DNA from: Vicinamibacterales bacterium
GTDB taxonomy: Bacteria > Acidobacteriota > Vicinamibacteria > Vicinamibacterales > UBA823
NCBI GenBank assembly: GCA_963667915.2
Contig: CAXXNN010000003.1
Span: 482,014 to 546,013 of the forward strand
Direction of reading: 5' to 3'
DNA: 64,000 bases
Part shown: positions 47,408 to 59,574 of the stretch, piece after piece
How positions within the stretch are numbered: the first letter of the stretch is position 1
Layout of the letters: each line of letters begins with the position of its first letter
Made by a program: the position numbers and the translations under genes
Notes under the pieces: model-generated
Told to the model about the DNA's origin: nothing
Seen by the model: only the letters and a program-made list of their open reading frames with translations
The model's database searches: none

Positions 47408-48549
47408 CGAAAGCGATCCTCGCGCTGGAGAGCGGCGCGTGGTTCGAGGGGATCTCGGTCGGTGCGGTTGGCGAGGCGGGCGGAGAAGTCGTCTTCAACA
47501 CCAGCATGACCGGGTACCAGGAAGTGCTGACCGACCCGTCCTATGCGGGGCAGGTCGTCACGATGACCTGCCCTGAGATTGGCAACTACGGGGTCGGTGA
47601 GGAGGACGTCGAGTCACGCGCCCCGCAGGTGGCCGGATTCATCGTCCGGGAGGTCTCTCCGGTCGCCAGCAACTGGCGAGCCACCGGCACCCTGCAGGAA
47701 TATCTCACCACGCACGGCATCGTCGCCATCTCGGAGGTCGACACCCGGGCGCTGACGCGGACGCTTCGGTCAGGCGGCGTGCTGCGGGGCGTGATCGCGA
47801 CGGCCGATGTCGATCCGGACCGTGCGGTCGCGCGTGCACGAGGCGTCCTCCCGATGGAGGGGGCAGACCTGGTGACCCGGGTAACCTGCCGGGCACCGTT
47901 CGACTGGCCGCCCGAGGCGGCCGATCCTGGCATGCACACGCCGGAGGAGTTCGGCCTCGACCCCGAGCGGCGGGTGAGCCGGCGCCTTCGGGTCGCCGCC
48001 TACGACTTCGGGATGAAATGGAACATCCTGCGCCGATTGCGCGCCTACGGCTGCGACGTGCGAGTGTTTCCCGCGACAGCGCCGGCCAGCGACCTCCTCG
48101 CCATGGATCCTGACGGCGTCTTCCTGAGCAACGGTCCGGGAGATCCGTCGGCGCTCGACTATGCGGTGGCGAACGTGCGTGCGTTGGTGGCGGCTGACGT
48201 GCCGACGTTCGGGATCTGCCTCGGCCATCAGCTGCTGGGCCTGGCGCTGGGCGGGAAGACCTTCAAGATGAAGTTCGGCCATCGCGGCGTCAATCATCCG
48301 GTCAAGCATCTGGCGACGGGCAAGATCGAGATCACCTCGCAGAACCACGGGTTCGCCATAGATCCCGACTCGCTGCCAGCCGACGTGCAGGTCACGCACA
48401 TCAACTTGTACGACGGCACCGTCGAGGGGCTGCGGCACACGTCACGGCCAGTGACTGCCGTCCAGTATCATCCGGAGGCGTCGCCCGGTCCGCACGACGC
48501 CGACTACCTGTTCGGACTCTTTCGCGACGCGATGGAGGCCCGGCGCTGA
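47404..48549 (+). CDS. carA: Carbamoyl-phosphate synthase small subunit
   Basis: [23 protein letters not shown] amidotransferase Cys. GTG overlaps the upstream TGA. Confidence 0.9.
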   Translation: MTKAILALESGAWFEGISVGAVGEAGGEVVFNTSMTGYQEVLTDPSYAGQVVTMTCPEIGNYGVGEEDVESRAPQVAGFIVREVSPVASNWRATGTLQEYLTTHGIVAISEVDTRALTRTLRSGGVLRGVIATADVDPDRAVARARGVLPMEGADLVTRVTCRAPFDWPPEAADPGMHTPEEFGLDPERRVSRRLRVAAYDFGMKWNILRRLRAYGCDVRVFPATAPASDLLAMDPDGVFLSNGPGDPSALDYAVANVRALVAADVPTFGICLGHQLLGLALGGKTFKMKFGHRGVNHPVKHLATGKIEITSQNHGFAIDPDSLPADVQVTHINLYDGTVEGLRHTSRPVTAVQYHPEASPGPHDADYLFGLFRDAMEARR

Positions 48550-48586
48550 CGACCGCACGACACCGGCACGCGGGAATGCTCGGACG

Positions 48587-48604
48587 GGCTCCTAGCTAGG
48601 AGCC
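48587..48604. repeat. Perfect 18-bp palindrome ggctcctag|ctaggagcc between carA and carB
   Basis: Read directly. Each half resembles the outer ~12 nt of the family TIR. Confidence 0.8.
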
Positions 48605-48622
48605 GGTGATCGGCGAAGACCC

Positions 48623-51868
<3,246 letters not shown>

Positions 51869-51974
51869 ACCGATCGACGATTCTGCACTCCTGACGGGCT
51901 GACGGCCGGCCGCGTGCGAAACCGGTCGCGTTTCACATCCTCCCAAGCCCACGAATTTTGCAACGGGTGCGTTC

Positions 51975-54446
51975 GTGACTCACCCCTCGTCGCTGCTCGC
52001 GATTGCGGTGCTGGCCGGCGTGGTGATCGGCTCGTTGGCGCCGTTCCTCTGCGCCTGGACCGTGGTGCCAGCGATGGTCGCCGCCTGGATCGGGGTGGGG
52101 CTCGGGTTCACCAGGCGCTCCCGCGCGTTGGGGTCGATAGCGCTGACGATCGGCTTTGTCGCATTCGGGCTGTGGGCGGGCGCGCGTGAGGTGGGACGGG
52201 CCGAGGCGCCGCCGCTGAAACGCCTGTTCGATCGTCGGGCCGCCGAGGGGCGGGACGGCTCGCCGGTCGTGATCATCGGCCGCCTCCGACGTGATGCGGC
52301 GGAGACGCCGTACGGCGCGACGCTGAGCCTCGCGGTCGAGCAGGTGATCGAGGCGGGTCGTCCCAGACCCGCGCCCGGCGGCCTCCGGGTGAGCGTCGGG
52401 GGAACGCAGGTGCCGGCGCACGTCGCCGCATGGCGCGCCGGCCGTCGTCTGCGTCTGCCCGTCACGCTCCGCCGTCCGCAGCGCTATCTAAATCCAGGCG
52501 TGGCCGATCAGGAGCGGCGGTTTGCCCGGCGCGGGAGCGCCCTGCGCGGATCGGTCAAGAGCGCATTGGTCGTCGAGGTCGTCGAGTCGGGTACCCGCCC
52601 GGCTGAGTGGGCGGCCACGGCGCGAGCGTGGATTCGCCGGGCGATCGCCCGCGACGTGGGGCGCGTGAGCGCGCGGTCTGGTGGCATCGTGACCGCCATC
52701 CTGATCGGTGACCGGAGCGGGCTCGACCCGGAGACGCAGCGGCGGCTGCGCGAGGCCGGCACGTATCACGTCATCGCCATCTCGGGCGGGAACATCGCCA
52801 TCCTGGGCGCGCTCGTCCTGGTTGCGCTCCGCGTGGTGCGTTGCAGCACGCGCGTAGCGAGCGTGGTGACCGCCGCGACGCTGGGCGGCTATGCCTATCT
52901 GGTCGGGTCGGACGCCTCAGTCATACGTGCCACGCTCGGGGCCGCGGTGTTCCTGGCGGCGCGGGCTGCGGACCACCGGCCGCCACCGTTGAACACGCTC
53001 GCGCTGGTGGCCGCCATCATGCTGGTCGCGACGCCGCTCACGATCTTCGACGCGGGCTTTGCGCTCACGTTCGGTGCGACTCTCGCGATTCTCATCGGGG
53101 TGCCTCGGATCTACGAGGTGTGGCGCCGGTGGATGTCCGACGCGACCGGCCGGGCGTGGGGCGGGGTGCGCGCGCTCGTGCTGCTGGGTGCCGCGACGGT
53201 GTGTGCGGAAGCTGCCCTCTTTCCGATCAGTGCCTACGCGTTCTCGCGAATCAGCGTCGCCGGACTCATCCTGAACTTTGCGGCGATTCCCTTGATGAGT
53301 GTCATTCAGGTGGCGGGAATGGTGGTGGTCGTCGTCTCGGCCGCCTGGCCCGCGCTGGCGGCACTGGCCGGGCTGGTGGCGCACGGGGCGGCGACCGGCC
53401 TCGTCGAGTCGGCGGCGCTCGTCGAGTGGATGCCGTGGACGAGTCAGCGGGTTCCTCCGCCTCCCGTGGCACTCATGGCCGTCTACTACGGCGGCTGGAT
53501 CGTCTGGCTGTCCGCGCGCCGCATCCCGCGGCTCCGGTGGGCGGCGGCGGGCGTGACCGCGGCGGCGGGCGCGCTCGTCATCCTCGCTCCGGCCTGGCCG
53601 TCACCCGGTCCGGTTCCGCGGTGGCGGCCGGCGGACCTGCGCGTGACCTTCCTCGACGTGGGCCAGGGCGACGCGACCGTGGTGCAGTTGCCCGATCGGT
53701 CCAGCCTGCTGGTGGATGCCGGCGGTATTCCCGGAAGTACGTTCGACATGGGGGAGCGGGTCGTCGTGCCGGCGCTGTGGGCGCTGGGGCTCCGGCGTCT
53801 CGACTGGCTAGTTCTGAGCCACGGACACCCGGACCACCTCGGCGGCGCCGCCGCCGTGGTGCGCGATCTGAGGCCGCGAGAGATCTGGGAAGGGGTCCCG
53901 GTCGCCGGATACGCGCCGCTCGGCGAGCTGCGTCGGCTGGCGGCGGTTGAGCGCACGGCGTGGCGGACGGTGCAATCGGGCGACCGCGTCCGCGTGGGTG
54001 GTCTGGAGCTTCGTGTGTGGCATCCCCCGGCACCCGACTGGGAGCGGCCGCGCGTGCGTAACGACGACTCGGTGGTGCTCGAAATTCGCTGGGGAGACGT
54101 CTCGGTGCTGCTGCCCGGTGATATTGGCGCGGAGGTGGAGCGCGATCTCACGGCTGGCGCGGAGCCGGCTGCCCTGCAGGTCGTGAAGGTGCCGCATCAC
54201 GGGAGCGCGGCCTCCAGCTCGGCCCGCTTCGTGGAGGCGTGGCGGCCGGACGTGGCGATCGTCAGCGCCGGGCGCGCCAACCGGTTCGGGCATCCGGCAC
54301 CCGACGTGGTGCGCCGCTACCTCGACGCCGGTGCGGCGGTGTTCAACACGGCCGAGGAGGGAGCGATCACGCTGGTCACCGACGGCCACACGATCGACAT
54401 TCGGACGATGAGTGGTCGCCAGCTGCGCCTGAAGGCCAACCGATAG
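51975..54446 (+). CDS. comEC: ComEC/Rec2 DNA internalization protein with metallo-beta-lactamase domain
   Basis: Polytopic membrane core (HVIAISGGNIAIL), C-terminal MBL domain (FLDVGQGDA, SHGHPDH). Confidence 0.8.
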   Translation: MTHPSSLLAIAVLAGVVIGSLAPFLCAWTVVPAMVAAWIGVGLGFTRRSRALGSIALTIGFVAFGLWAGAREVGRAEAPPLKRLFDRRAAEGRDGSPVVIIGRLRRDAAETPYGATLSLAVEQVIEAGRPRPAPGGLRVSVGGTQVPAHVAAWRAGRRLRLPVTLRRPQRYLNPGVADQERRFARRGSALRGSVKSALVVEVVESGTRPAEWAATARAWIRRAIARDVGRVSARSGGIVTAILIGDRSGLDPETQRRLREAGTYHVIAISGGNIAILGALVLVALRVVRCSTRVASVVTAATLGGYAYLVGSDASVIRATLGAAVFLAARAADHRPPPLNTLALVAAIMLVATPLTIFDAGFALTFGATLAILIGVPRIYEVWRRWMSDATGRAWGGVRALVLLGAATVCAEAALFPISAYAFSRISVAGLILNFAAIPLMSVIQVAGMVVVVVSAAWPALAALAGLVAHGAATGLVESAALVEWMPWTSQRVPPPPVALMAVYYGGWIVWLSARRIPRLRWAAAGVTAAAGALVILAPAWPSPGPVPRWRPADLRVTFLDVGQGDATVVQLPDRSSLLVDAGGIPGSTFDMGERVVVPALWALGLRRLDWLVLSHGHPDHLGGAAAVVRDLRPREIWEGVPVAGYAPLGELRRLAAVERTAWRTVQSGDRVRVGGLELRVWHPPAPDWERPRVRNDDSVVLEIRWGDVSVLLPGDIGAEVERDLTAGAEPAALQVVKVPHHGSAASSSARFVEAWRPDVAIVSAGRANRFGHPAPDVVRRYLDAGAAVFNTAEEGAITLVTDGHTIDIRTMSGRQLRLKANR

Positions 54447-54622
54447 GCTCTCGGCTCTCGGACGGAACCGTTGACGCCCAGCAGAGCTCACAGAGCTTAC
54501 GTCCTGCCTTTCACATCCTGCCAGGTGGCTTCCAATTCCTCCAGCGCGGCCTGGCCGAGAGAGTGGCCACGGTCGGAAAGAAGGAGGATCGTGCGAGAGC
54601 CGAGAGCCAAAAGCCGAGAGCC
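54446..54622. repeat. Intergenic segment bounded by GGCTCTCGGCTCT-type inverted arms, enclosing a mazG 3'-end ghost copy
   Basis: ggctctcggctctcgg (54446-54461) against gcgagagccgagagcc (54593-54608), plus a second agccgagagcc (54612-54622). Confidence 0.7.
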
Positions 54623-55467
54623 TACGTCCTGTCCTTCACGTCCTGCCAGGCGGCTTCCATCTCCTCCGGCGTGGCGTCGCCCAGGGCGCGGCCACCGTCC
54701 TTCAGGCGCCGCTCGAGCTCATCGAACCGTTCGCAGAATTTCCGGTTGGCGCGCCTCAGTGCCGCTTCCGGCTCGATGCCGAGCTTGCGCGCCAGGTTGG
54801 CGATCGAGAAGAGCAGGTCACCCATTTCCTCCTCCTGGTACCCGGCCGTGCCGTCTTCCACGGCCTGCCGCAGCTCCGTCACCTCTTCCTCGATCTTGTC
54901 CACCACATCGGCGCCGGTCGGCCAATCGAACCCGACAGTCGACACGCGCGATCCGATCTCGTAGGCGCCCAGGAGCGACGGCAGCGTGGCGGGGACGCCG
55001 CCGAGGAGGCCGTCCGCGCGGCCGGCGCCGGCCCGTTCCGCAGCCTTGAGCTCCTCCCACCGCCCGCGCACCTCACCCGAGGTCGTAGGCCGAGTGCCCG
55101 CCACACGGTCGTCGGGGTCGCCGAAGACGTGCGGATGGCGCCGCACGAGCTTGGCGCTGATCGCGTCGAGGGCGTCGTCAATCGTGAAGTCGTTCGATTC
55201 CGCCGCGAGCTGCGACAAGAAGATCACCTGGAAGAGGAGATCGCCCAGCTCACCCTTTAGGTCGACGAGATCTTCGCGATCGAGCGCGTCCAGCACTTCG
55301 TAGGTCTCTTCCAGCACAAACGGGCGCAGGGTCGCGAGCGTCTGGACGCGATCCCACGGGCAGCCCTCGGGGCCTCGTAGCGTGCGCATGATCTCGACGA
55401 GCCGCTCGAAGCGGTCGCCGGTCGTGCGGGGAGGACGATCGGGCGGAGGCGTGGTGGGCTTGGGCAT
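54622..55467 (-). CDS. mazG: Nucleoside triphosphate pyrophosphohydrolase MazG
   Basis: CPWDRVQT, EETYEVLDA, two EE(x)GDLLF(x) MazG repeats. Confidence 0.85.
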   Translation of the reverse strand: MPKPTTPPPDRPPRTTGDRFERLVEIMRTLRGPEGCPWDRVQTLATLRPFVLEETYEVLDALDREDLVDLKGELGDLLFQVIFLSQLAAESNDFTIDDALDAISAKLVRRHPHVFGDPDDRVAGTRPTTSGEVRGRWEELKAAERAGAGRADGLLGGVPATLPSLLGAYEIGSRVSTVGFDWPTGADVVDKIEEEVTELRQAVEDGTAGYQEEEMGDLLFSIANLARKLGIEPEAALRRANRKFCERFDELERRLKDGGRALGDATPEEMEAAWQDVKDRT

Positions 55468-55501
55468 CGTCGATGCGCGGCGCCGGTCGCGTCGCCCGTC
55501 T

Positions 55502-55511
55502 ATGCTAGCAT
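55502..55511. promoter_or_regulatory. Palindrome ATGCTAGCAT: TGcTAGCAT extended -10 on both strands (mazG / DUF1844 divergent pair)
   Basis: The plus-strand -10 ends 6 nt before ATG 55518. The identical palindrome occurs at 44758-44767. Confidence 0.35.
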
Positions 55512-55517
55512 CGCCGG

Positions 55518-55796
55518 ATGGGCGCGCCGTTGGGAGCCGTGTCGTTCGACATGCTCGTCAGGTCGTTGGCGGCGTCGGCCGCCGTGCACTTCGGCGATGC
55601 TGCGAATCACGGGAGCGGCGCCCGGACGCCGCCGAACCTCCAGGCGGCGGCGCAGATGATCGACTTACTGGCGCTGCTCGAGGAGAAGACGCGGGGGAAT
55701 CTCACCGACCCCGAGGTGCAGTGCCTGGCCGAGACGCTCCGCGCCGTGCGCGCCAGACTCGTAGAGGTCCGCCGCGCCGCCGCGCCGCCGCCCTGA
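55518..55796 (+). CDS. DUF1844-like small protein
   Basis: FDMLVRSLAASAAVHFG...PNLQAAAQMIDLLALLEEKTRGNLT pattern, recalled from the DUF1844 family. Confidence 0.6.
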   Translation: MGAPLGAVSFDMLVRSLAASAAVHFGDAANHGSGARTPPNLQAAAQMIDLLALLEEKTRGNLTDPEVQCLAETLRAVRARLVEVRRAAAPPP

Positions 55797-55826
55797 ATCA
55801 CACCCCCCGCGAACGGACTTTTCACG

Positions 55827-56597
55827 GTGCGCATCACGTTCCTGGGGACAGGCACTTCAACCGGTGTGCCGGCGATTGGCTGCGACTGTGCCGTCTGCCG
55901 GTCAGACGATCCGCGCGACCGGCGCTGGCGACCGTCGATCTTCATCGAGCTGGCGAACGGCACGTCGGTCCTGGTGGACGCGGCCACCGACTTGCGAGCG
56001 CAGGCGCTCAGGTTCGGCGTGCGCCGAATTGACGCGATTCTCTTCACCCACAGCCATGCCGATCACGTGCTCGGCCTCGACGAGGTGCGGCGCTACAATC
56101 ATCTTCAGCGAGCCACCATCCCGTGCTACGGCGACGCCCGTACGATCGTCGATGTTCGGCGCATGTTTGCGTACGTGTTCGAGCCGGCTGACCAGCCGGG
56201 CGGCGGGCTGCCGCAGCTGGCGACGTTCACGCTGGCCGGCTCGTTCTCGCTCGGCCACGCGACGTTCGTCCCGGTGCCGGTCTGGCACGGGAAGCGCTCG
56301 ATTCTGGGGTTTCGGGTGGGCGCGTTCGCCTATCTGACCGACTGCAACGCCATTCCCGACGCGTCGTGGCCGCTGCTCGAGGGCGTCGACGTCCTCGTGA
56401 TCGACGCGCTGCGTCGGCGGCCGCACTCGACGCATTTTTCGCTCGACCAAGCGGTCGATGCCGCCTCGCGGATCGGGCCGTCCCGGACCTACTTCACCCA
56501 CATGTGCCACGACCTGCCGCATGCGGCCACCTGTGAGAGCCTGCCGGCGCACATGCAACTGGCATATGATGGCCTGAGGTTGGACCTGCCGGAGTGA
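55827..56597 (+). CDS. MBL-fold metallo-hydrolase (PhnP/GPMBL-like)
   Basis: ITFLGTGTSTGVP, CxCxxC, HSHADH motifs. Confidence 0.75.
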   Translation: MRITFLGTGTSTGVPAIGCDCAVCRSDDPRDRRWRPSIFIELANGTSVLVDAATDLRAQALRFGVRRIDAILFTHSHADHVLGLDEVRRYNHLQRATIPCYGDARTIVDVRRMFAYVFEPADQPGGGLPQLATFTLAGSFSLGHATFVPVPVWHGKRSILGFRVGAFAYLTDCNAIPDASWPLLEGVDVLVIDALRRRPHSTHFSLDQAVDAASRIGPSRTYFTHMCHDLPHAATCESLPAHMQLAYDGLRLDLPE

Positions 56598-56654
56598 GAC
56601 CCTGCCGGTCGCAAGGCCGGCCCCGCCGGTCTTCCGTGCGCGATTCCCGTAGCC

Positions 56655-57590
56655 GTGGACATCATTCATTTTCCTGACGACGACTGTCCGGCGCAGTGGC
56701 GCCAGGGTGTCCTGGCGCTCGGAAACTTCGACGGGCTGCACCGGGGGCACGTGGCAATCGTGGAGTGCGTGCGACAGGCCGCCGACGAGCGGGGGACCAT
56801 GCCGCTCGCGCTGACCTTCGATCCGCATCCGCCGCGGATCGTTCGTCCCGACAAGGCGCCCTCCTTGCTGATGACCCCGGCCCAGAAGCTGGAGGCGCTG
56901 GCGCGGGCCGGCATCGCGGGCGTCGCCGTGGTGCGGTTCACGCGCGAGCTGTCGCAGTGGGACCCCGAGCGGTTCGTGGCCGAGGTCCTGGTCGAGTGGC
57001 TGCAGGTGAGCGAAGTCTGGGTGGGGGCGAATTTTCTGTTCGGACGCGACCGCGGCGGGAACTTCTCGTTGCTGCGCGCCCTGGGCGGTCGGTGTGGATT
57101 TCGAACTGAGAAGATCGAGCCGGTGCGCTACAAGGAGTTCGTCGTCAGCAGTACGCGCGTCCGCCGCCTGGTGGCCGAGGGACGCGTGGACGAGGCCGGA
57201 GTCCTGCTCGGCCATCATTACTTTCTGGACGGCTCGGTCGTTCGCGGTGAGGGCCGGGGTCGGCAGATCGGCGTGCCGACCGCTAACATCCAGACCGACA
57301 ATGAGCTCGTCCCCCTCGATGGCGTCTACGCCACGTTGGTCACGCTCGACGGGGTCGTGCATTCGGCCGTGACCAACGTCGGCGTCCGGCCCACCTTCGG
57401 CGAGGGTGAACGGGTCATCGAAACCCACGTGTTCGACCTTGCGGAGGACCTGTACGGGAGGACCTTCCGGCTGTCGTTCATCAGCCGCTTGCGAGGTGAG
57501 CGGCAGTTCGCCGACATCGAGGCGCTGCGCGCCCAAATCGACGCCGATTGCCGGCAGGCCAGGGATCTCTTCAGCCGGATTTCGCTGTAG
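56655..57590 (+). CDS. ribF: Bifunctional riboflavin kinase/FAD synthetase
   Basis: GNFDGLHRGH, GRQIGVPTAN, ETHVFD motifs. Confidence 0.9.
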   Translation: MDIIHFPDDDCPAQWRQGVLALGNFDGLHRGHVAIVECVRQAADERGTMPLALTFDPHPPRIVRPDKAPSLLMTPAQKLEALARAGIAGVAVVRFTRELSQWDPERFVAEVLVEWLQVSEVWVGANFLFGRDRGGNFSLLRALGGRCGFRTEKIEPVRYKEFVVSSTRVRRLVAEGRVDEAGVLLGHHYFLDGSVVRGEGRGRQIGVPTANIQTDNELVPLDGVYATLVTLDGVVHSAVTNVGVRPTFGEGERVIETHVFDLAEDLYGRTFRLSFISRLRGERQFADIEALRAQIDADCRQARDLFSRISL

Positions 57591-57627
57591 AATTTTGCTG
57601 GGACAGGACATTAGCCGCGAAGACGCC

Positions 57628-58083
57628 ATGGCCGAGTCCGAGAAACGTTCGCCATCCGTCACGCCACCGTTCGAGCTCAGGCTCTCCGGCGATCGGCGCT
57701 TTCACCGGATCGTCGGCGATCTCTACGCGCGCGCGGCGGAGCAGGTGGGCTACGGCGCCGAGGACGCGCGCGAGATCGGCCGGTCGATCGAGCGGGCCGT
57801 GCTGGGTATCATGGAGCACGGATTTCCCGATCAGGCCTGCGAGCACATCGACATCCGGTTCGCCATCAACGCGCACGTCATGAACGTCAGCCTGCGCTAT
57901 CACGCCGGCGCGGGAGAGCCGGCGCCGGTGGCGGCCGTCGAGGTGGAGCGCGCCCTCGCCGAGCCCCGCGACGGCGAGGTGCCGCTGGACGTCATCCGCC
58001 GCGCGATGCCGGAGATCGAATTCGGACGCGACGGCGACATCGAGTATTGCCGGTTGTCCAGGAAGCTTCCCGGGACGGCCTGA
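57628..58083 (+). CDS. Hypothetical protein (possibly anti-sigma/HATPase-like fold)
   Basis: 151-aa ORF from ATG 57628 with high third-position GC. No motif I can name with certainty. Confidence 0.4.
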   Translation: MAESEKRSPSVTPPFELRLSGDRRFHRIVGDLYARAAEQVGYGAEDAREIGRSIERAVLGIMEHGFPDQACEHIDIRFAINAHVMNVSLRYHAGAGEPAPVAAVEVERALAEPRDGEVPLDVIRRAMPEIEFGRDGDIEYCRLSRKLPGTA

Positions 58084-58109
58084 CACCGGTCGCGTCGCGC
58101 GCCAGCCGC

Positions 58110-59525
58110 ATGCAGCTCTACAACACCCTGACACGCCGCCAGGAGCCGTTCGCCCCGGTGCGGGGGCGGCAGGTGCGGATGTACACCTGCGGCCTGACGG
58201 TCTACGCGAGAGGGCACATCGGAAACTTCCGCACATTCGTCTGCCTCGACGTGCTCCGTCGAGCTCTGAAGTACCTCGAGGGCTACGAGGTTCGGCAGGT
58301 GATGAACTACACCGATGTCGACGACCGCACGATTGTCGAGTCGCGGAAGGCCGGCGTGCCGCTGCGGGAGTACACCGATCAGTACATCACGGCGTTTCGG
58401 GAAGATGCGGCGCGGCTCGGCCTGGAATCGGTCGAAGAGACGCCGCGCGCGACCGACGAGGCGAACTTGGCGGCGATGACCGACATGATCCAGGCGCTGG
58501 AGCGGAACGGCCATACCTACCGGAGCGACGGATCGATCTATTTCAAGATCTCGACGCTGCCGCAGTACGGGCGGCTCGCGCGCCTCGACCACGAGGGCAT
58601 CAAGCCGGGTGCGCGGATCGACTCGGACCGCTACGACAAGGAGAATGCCCGCGACTTTGTCCTCTGGAAGGCGACGAAGCCGGACGAGCCGACCTGGGAT
58701 CTCGGGGTCGGGCCGGGGCGGCCGGGGTGGCACATCGAGTGCTCCGCGATGGCGCTCCGGTTGCTCGACGGACCGCCGATCGATATCCATGCCGGCGGGG
58801 TGGACCTCGTGTTCCCGCATCACGAGAACGAGATCGCGCAGAGTGAAGGCGCGACCGGCGCGCAGTTCTCGCGGTTCTGGGTGCACGTGGAGCATCTGCT
58901 GCTGGGCGAGGGCACGAAGATGTCGAAGTCGCTCGGCAACGTCTTTTCCGTCCAAGACGTGTTGGAGAAGGGCTTCCGTGCGTCGGCGCTCCGCTACGGG
59001 CTGCTCTCGGTGCACTACCGCAAGCAGTTGAAGTTTTCCTGGGACACCCTCGCGCAGGCGGACGAGGCGCTGACCCGCGTGATGGACTGTTTGGCGCGAC
59101 TCGACGGCGTGACGCGCGACGGCGCGCACGCAGAGTTGATCCGGAAGGTGGATACGGCGCGCGCGGGTTTCGGCGAGATGATGGCGTCCGACCTCAACAC
59201 GCCGGGCGCGCTCGGCGTGATGTTCGAGCTGGTGCGCGCGGTCAACGCCGCCGTCGATGCCGGTGGGATCGGGCGGGCGGACGTCGGCGCGATTCGGGCG
59301 GCGTTCGACTTCTTCGACCAGATGCTCGGCGTCATCGTCCTCCGGCGAGCGGAGGACGCGGCGCCGCCGGTGCCGGTCGAGGAAATCGATCGCCTCATCG
59401 GGGAGCGGCGCGCGGCCCGCAGCCGGCGCGAGTTCGCCGAAGCCGATCGCATCCGAGACGAGTTGGCGGGGCGGGGCATCATCCTCGAGGACGGTGCCGC
59501 CGGCACCCGCTGGAAACGCAAGTGA
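58110..59525 (+). CDS. cysS: Cysteinyl-tRNA synthetase
   Basis: GHIGNFR (HIGH-type), GWHIECS, KMSKSLGN motifs. Confidence 0.95.
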   Translation: MQLYNTLTRRQEPFAPVRGRQVRMYTCGLTVYARGHIGNFRTFVCLDVLRRALKYLEGYEVRQVMNYTDVDDRTIVESRKAGVPLREYTDQYITAFREDAARLGLESVEETPRATDEANLAAMTDMIQALERNGHTYRSDGSIYFKISTLPQYGRLARLDHEGIKPGARIDSDRYDKENARDFVLWKATKPDEPTWDLGVGPGRPGWHIECSAMALRLLDGPPIDIHAGGVDLVFPHHENEIAQSEGATGAQFSRFWVHVEHLLLGEGTKMSKSLGNVFSVQDVLEKGFRASALRYGLLSVHYRKQLKFSWDTLAQADEALTRVMDCLARLDGVTRDGAHAELIRKVDTARAGFGEMMASDLNTPGALGVMFELVRAVNAAVDAGGIGRADVGAIRAAFDFFDQMLGVIVLRRAEDAAPPVPVEEIDRLIGERRAARSRREFAEADRIRDELAGRGIILEDGAAGTRWKRK

Positions 59526-59540
59526 TCAAGGAGCGCCCCC

Positions 59541-59574
59541 AACTTCTAACTTCTAACTTCTAACTCCTAACGTC
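59541..59574 (+). repeat. Heptamer tandem repeat (aacttct x3, then aactcct, aacgtc)
   Basis: Read directly from the sequence. Lies between an AAGGAG motif (59528-59533) and the aminotransferase ATG (59575). Confidence 0.9.
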
